Positions 41,416 through 46,524 of a stretch of 46,524 nt of DNA are shown here, one piece after another. Origin of the DNA: Gammaproteobacteria bacterium (GTDB lineage: Bacteria > Pseudomonadota > Gammaproteobacteria > UBA4575). The translations under genes were made by a program, and so were the position numbers. The stretch lies in contig CBDCTA010000023.1 in NCBI GenBank assembly GCA_965221955.1, positions 1-46,524 of the forward strand, read 5' to 3'. The number at the start of each line of letters is the position of its first letter. Position 1 is the stretch's first letter. The notes under the pieces are model-generated. The model made no database searches. It saw nothing but the letters and a program-made list of their open reading frames with translations, and had not been told where the DNA came from.

Positions 41416-42699
41416 CTATGGCGAGGTTTCACATCGTGGCCCAATACTCCAATAACCGAGCACCGAAATTAGTTGATCCTGATGGTACAAAAGAGGAATT
41501 CGAGTGCGCTCCCAGGGAGGAACCCCTGCTTCGTTAAGTAAGTTTTTCAATGACCTATGCTGCTTTTGTCCAATTGGCTTTAGACGCTCTCCACCCTCAC
41601 GAAAGCGCACGGTGATTTCTTTAATCCCCTTAGGTAGTTCAATATGGTTATCTTTTAACTCATTTGGCATCAATGTTCGATTGAGACTTTCGATAAAAAG
41701 TGGTTGATCAATATTCCATCGAAATACTTGGTTTGGGTTATGTGGATGTAATGGCCGCATTAAATATAATTGGTTTTGATAGCGTCTAATTTCACCCTCT
41801 TTCCAAGTCTGTACAGGCGAAGTTTCAATATCTTGTTTGCGCACAATATCAGAAACGATATGCCGCAAAACTTTTCTGCTTGGTACGCGAATTTGGTGCG
41901 CTTGAATCCAATAGCGCAAAGCATTATTTAAGCGCTCGCCACTCAAACGCTGAAAATTTTGAACATCTAAAACCTGACTTCGATCCGTAGAAGCCGCTTG
42001 TAGGTCTATCTCAGCAAGCTCTTGCAAACAATGTAACGCTTCTGCTTGCAATTGAGCTGACCTAGATAAGGTTTGTTGAGATGCAGGCCATCGTTCTAGG
42101 AGCTTGGGCATAATTTCATTACGTAAATAATTACGATCAAAATCATTATCAAGATTGCTTGTATCCTCAATCCACTCCAGTTGATGTTCGTTAGCATACT
42201 TTAATAATTCAGTGCGACTTACTGCAAGCAACGGTCTTAGATGAATACCTTTGTTAAGACTTTTACATGCTGGCATGGCTGCAAGACCTGCGGGCCCCGC
42301 ACCTCGCAGCAACTGCAATAATATTGTTTCAGCCAAATCATTTTGGTGATGTGCTGTAACTAAGGCAGAATGATTATCTAATTGCGACTCAAGAAATTGA
42401 TATCTTGCATCACGCGCAATATCTTCGATACTTTTTTGTGGGAGTTTTTGAATATCTGCATGATAAACGGAACATGTAACTCCCCACTCCTTACATGTCT
42501 GTTCACAAAATTGTTGCCAATCATCACTTTTTTTTTGCAAATGATGATTCACATGCACTGCATGGATTGGTAATGCAACCTCACACATAGCATGCAATAA
42601 AACTGTTGAGTCTAACCCGCCACTGTAAGCGACGTAGTACTTGGTAAGATCAGGATAAGTAGCAAAAAAATCTTGCAGTTGTTTCAAAATCAGTGGCAT
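41416..42699 (-). CDS. tilS: tRNA(Ile)-lysidine synthetase
   Basis: AYSGGLDSTVLL, ARDARY, TAHHQND.AET, RPLL, DRNYLR. Confidence 0.95.
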   Translation of the reverse strand: MPLILKQLQDFFATYPDLTKYYVAYSGGLDSTVLLHAMCEVALPIHAVHVNHHLQKKSDDWQQFCEQTCKEWGVTCSVYHADIQKLPQKSIEDIARDARYQFLESQLDNHSALVTAHHQNDLAETILLQLLRGAGPAGLAAMPACKSLNKGIHLRPLLAVSRTELLKYANEHQLEWIEDTSNLDNDFDRNYLRNEIMPKLLERWPASQQTLSRSAQLQAEALHCLQELAEIDLQAASTDRSQVLDVQNFQRLSGERLNNALRYWIQAHQIRVPSRKVLRHIVSDIVRKQDIETSPVQTWKEGEIRRYQNQLYLMRPLHPHNPNQVFRWNIDQPLFIESLNRTLMPNELKDNHIELPKGIKEITVRFREGGERLKPIGQKQHRSLKNLLNEAGVPPWERTRIPLLYHQDQLISVLGYWSIGPRCETSP

Positions 42700-42749
42700 T
42701 TGCTAATTGCTAGGAAATGACGATGTTCGATACAAATAAAAGCGATTGC

Positions 42750-43712
42750 CTAGTTTGATTCTTTGAACTCTCCATAAGAAGTAAGTCGCTGGTAACGACT
42801 CGACAAAAGTTCATCGACAGATTTAGACTGTAATCGATCCAAACTATTAATCAAGGATGCACGCACATTATCACAAGTCGTTTCGATATCTCGATGCGCA
42901 CCTCCCAACGGTTCCTCGATAATTTCATCAATTAACTCTAACTCTTTCAAACGTGGCGCTGTAATACCCAGTGCTATCGCGGCATCTTCCGCTTTTGCAG
43001 CATCTTTCCACAAAATCGAAGCACAACCTTCAGGCGAAATCACAGAATAAGTACTGTAACTAAGCATGGACAGGTAATCGCCTACCCCAATCGCCAAGGC
43101 ACCACCTGATCCCCCTTCACCGATCACAGTACAAATAATAGGAACGCGCAATGATGACATGCGCTGCAAATTAACCGCAATCGCTTGGCTTTGACCTCTT
43201 TCTTCTGCACCAATGCCTGGATATGCACCTGGAGTATCAATAAAGGTCAGAACGGGCATCTTGAATCTCTCTGCCAATTCCATGATGCGCAATGCCTTGC
43301 GATATCCTTCAGGTCTAGGCATACCAAAATTTCGTTTGATATTTTCTTTAGTATTACGGCCTTTTTGATGACCAATTACGGCTACTGACTTACCTTCAAA
43401 CTTTGCAATGCCAGATACAATCGCGGCATCATCTGCATACATGCGATCGCCATGTAATTCAACAAAATTAGTAAACAATCTCTCTACATAATCTAAAGTG
43501 TAGGGTCGTTTAGAATGACGTGCTAATTGCGCAACTTGCCATGGGGTTAAATTTGAAAAAATCGACTCAATCAAGCCTTGTGACTTGGTTTGTAGTTTTG
43601 TGATTTCTTCATTGAGATTGAATTCATTATCACTTTCGACTAAGCGTAGTTCATCAATCTTAGCTTCGAGCTCAACAATAGGCTGCTCGAATTCGAGGTA
43701 ATCAGGATTCAT
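42750..43712 (-). CDS. accA: Acetyl-CoA carboxylase carboxyltransferase alpha subunit
   Basis: [38 protein letters not shown]. Confidence 0.97.
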   Translation of the reverse strand: MNPDYLEFEQPIVELEAKIDELRLVESDNEFNLNEEITKLQTKSQGLIESIFSNLTPWQVAQLARHSKRPYTLDYVERLFTNFVELHGDRMYADDAAIVSGIAKFEGKSVAVIGHQKGRNTKENIKRNFGMPRPEGYRKALRIMELAERFKMPVLTFIDTPGAYPGIGAEERGQSQAIAVNLQRMSSLRVPIICTVIGEGGSGGALAIGVGDYLSMLSYSTYSVISPEGCASILWKDAAKAEDAAIALGITAPRLKELELIDEIIEEPLGGAHRDIETTCDNVRASLINSLDRLQSKSVDELLSSRYQRLTSYGEFKESN

Positions 43713-43742
43713 TCTAGTCTTTAATATTCAAGATACCGGCAA

Positions 43743-46524
43743 TTATGCATTAATACTCTGTTTCTTGTATACGACACTGGTGTTTAAAACTTCAGAAACT
43801 TTGCTCAAACGCTGTAATAATTTTTCATCCAGCTGAATATTCCAATCTTCAGGAAATTTGAACTGCGCCGCCATAGCGTTATTTTGATATTCCACAGTAA
43901 TGGAACAGTTGCCATCTTTGAAAGGCAGCAAGAGTTGTTGCAAATCTTGCACCCAAGCTAGTGAGTCCCCACTCGATTTAATCCGAATATTTAATAAGGC
44001 ACCAAATTGTTTCAAATATTCATCAAAACTCCAAATATGGTTTGCACGCAGACGGACTCGTCCTGTGTATTCATCCCAACCTAAACTACCTTTAATAATC
44101 AAAATTGCGTCTTTAATTAACACATGATCAAACTTTCGCATAGTCATCCGCAAACACAGCAATATCAATACGTCCGGTATTATCATCTAAGCTTAAAAAC
44201 GCAATACGGCCTTTGGGACTATTACGCAAACGAATTTGATCTAATAATCCGGCTACCAAAACTGTTTTTGACTCATCACGGGCTTGCCAAGATTGGCGTG
44301 GAGCTAAATCATTACCCGATGCAAGCAATTCTTTAATGTTCTTACTGGTAATTTTACTAAGTTCATCATGATAGCGGGTAATAGGGTGGCCCGTTAAATA
44401 CAAACCCAAAGTCTCGCGTTCGCCAAGTAATTTTCTTTCATCCTCCCACTCGGGGACTTCTTGCACCTTACTAGACTTCATACTCACTTCAGCATGGCCA
44501 AACATATCATTTTGACCCGTAGTCACTATCGCGCTGTCTTTGTTCTGCAAAACGTAATGATTTATCTAAATGTTGAAATAAACTTGCCCTTGTGTAATCC
44601 AAAACAATCCATTGCACCCGCTCTGAATTAACGCCTCAATGCACCGTCGATTTACTTTTTGCGAACCCAAACGCAAACAGAAATCATCTAAGTCTTGAAA
44701 CTCGCCATTTTCTACACGCTCGCTTCACCATTTCTTCCACGGCAGCTTGACCAACACCTTTCAGTGCACCCAAACCATATAAAACAATGTTTTCTGCCGG
44801 TACCGTGAAGTTGTAATTTGAGCTATTTATATTAGGCGATTGCACTTCTATACCCATTCCACGGCATTCATCAATCAGATTTACTACTTTGTCAGTATTA
44901 TCGAGATCAGAAGACATCACCGATGACATAAACTCAGCTGGAAAATGCGTTTTCAACCATGCAGTTTGATAGGCTAACAAAGCATAAGCAACGGAGTGTG
45001 ATTTATTGAAACCATAACCTGCAAATTTTTCCATCAAATCAAAAATGTGACTTGCAAGTTTTTCTGCCACCCCCCTTTCAACCGCACCGCTAACAAAAAT
45101 TTCACGCTGTTTTGCCATTTCTTCAGGTTTCTTTTTACCCATCGCACGACGCAGCAAATCAGCACCACCCAATGTATACCCTGCTAACACCTGAGCAATT
45201 TGCATCACTTGCTCTTGGTATAAAATCACCCCATAAGTCTGTTTTAAAATATGCTCAATATCAGGATGGAAATAATCTACACGCGCTCCGTGTTTACGTA
45301 AAATAAAATCATCAACCATGCCTGATTGCAGAGGACCAGGACGATACAGCGCAACTAAAGCAACAATGTCATCAAACTTATCCGGTTGCAGGCGTTTGAT
45401 GATGTCTTTAATACCACTGGACTCTAATTGAAACACTGCTGTTGTTTTTTGTTGCTTTAACGTTTCATAGGTAGCTGGGTCATCGAGAGGTAAATCATCC
45501 ATATCGATCGTGGTTTGATTTTGTTGTTTTAGCTTTTCATTTACTAAGCGTACGGTATTATCGATGATGGTCAGTGTACGTAGACCCAAGAAATCGAACT
45601 TAACAAGGCCAATCGCTTCTACATCATCTTTATCTAATTGTGTAACCACATTAGTGCCACCCGCTTCACAATAAAGTGGTGTGAAAGCGGTGAGTTCGGT
45701 CGGTGCAATCACTACACCGCCCGCATGTTTTCCTGCATTACGTGCCAAACCTTCTAACGTACAGGCCATATCTATGACACTTTTTACATCCTCTTCATTC
45801 TTATATTGTTCTTGAAGAGCAGGCTCTCGCTCTAACGCTTTATCAAGCGTCATACCTACTTCAAAAGGAATCAACTTCGCAATACGATCGACAAATCCAT
45901 AAGGGTGGCCCAACACACGGCCCACATCACGCACCACCGCCCGCGCCGCCATGCTTCCATAAGTAATAATTTGACTTACACGTGTACGTCCATATCTTTC
46001 TGCAACATACTCGATGACACGGTCACGATTATCCATACAAAAGTCGATATCAAAGTCTGGCATAGACACACGCTCAGGATTAAGAAAACGTTCAAATAGC
46101 AAATCGTATTTCAATGGATCCACATCGGTGATTCCCAAAGCATAAGCCACTAATGAACCTGCACCGGAACCACGACCTGGCCCTACTGGCACGGCGTTTT
46201 CTTTTGCCCAACGCGTAAAGTCTGCAACGATAAGAAAATAACCTGCATACTCCATTGAGTTAATGACATCTAATTCGACATCTAAACGCTCTTTATAGGT
46301 TTGGATCGTGGTTTGATCATTAATTTGGAGTTTAGCTAAACGTTGTTGCAAACCCTTTTCTGCTTGCTCACGCATATACTTTGACGGGGTATGTGAATCT
46401 GGGATGGGAAACTCTGGCAGGACGTTATCACCAAAAGTGAGTGTGACATTACAACGTTTCGCAATTTCTACGCTATTGGTAATAGCTTCAGGAATATCTT
46501 CAAACAGCTGTAACATTTCGTCAT
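43743..46524 (-). CDS. dnaE: DNA polymerase III alpha subunit (3' part; begins beyond window; several frameshifts at about 44130-44730)
   Basis: [39 protein letters not shown]; later frames give [11 protein letters not shown] and the OB/C-terminal domain; dnaE-accA-tilS order. Confidence 0.95.

Noticed and set aside
43743-44730. Programmed frameshift or split/intein DnaE
   Set aside because: Multiple scattered indels, no intein motifs or slippery site, and similar errors in kdsA.

Overview
A gammaproteobacterial chromosome segment. The flanks hold housekeeping genes: htpX (partial), parC, parE, an AddA/UvrD-type helicase-nuclease, dsbC, xerD and an RDD gene on the left; lptG, lptF, pepA, holC, valS, tsaB, a YoaA/DinG helicase, ispF, ispD, ftsB, eno, kdsA, pyrG, tilS, accA and dnaE (partial) on the right. 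Between RDD and lptG lies an approximately 12.6-kb accessory array (10753-23375) of about 20 short, co-oriented minus-strand genes. It is punctuated by 26 copies of a 30-bp imperfect palindrome, AATGTCCGCTTT-N6-WWAGCRGWCATT (12-bp arm, 6-bp core, 12-bp arm). The copies occur in two mutually inverted forms that mostly alternate. Short 29-53 bp linkers between site pairs each carry a positionally fixed sigma70-like promoter whose -10 box is completed by the site itself. The whole array is bracketed by about 100-bp terminal inverted repeats containing GGA hairpins. It has no attC, dif, CRISPR or IS signature and no recombinase of its own, so it is a candidate undescribed gene-cassette system. Frameshifts in dnaE, kdsA and a VOC gene look like sequencing indels. 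All analysis was by eye; no searches were run.
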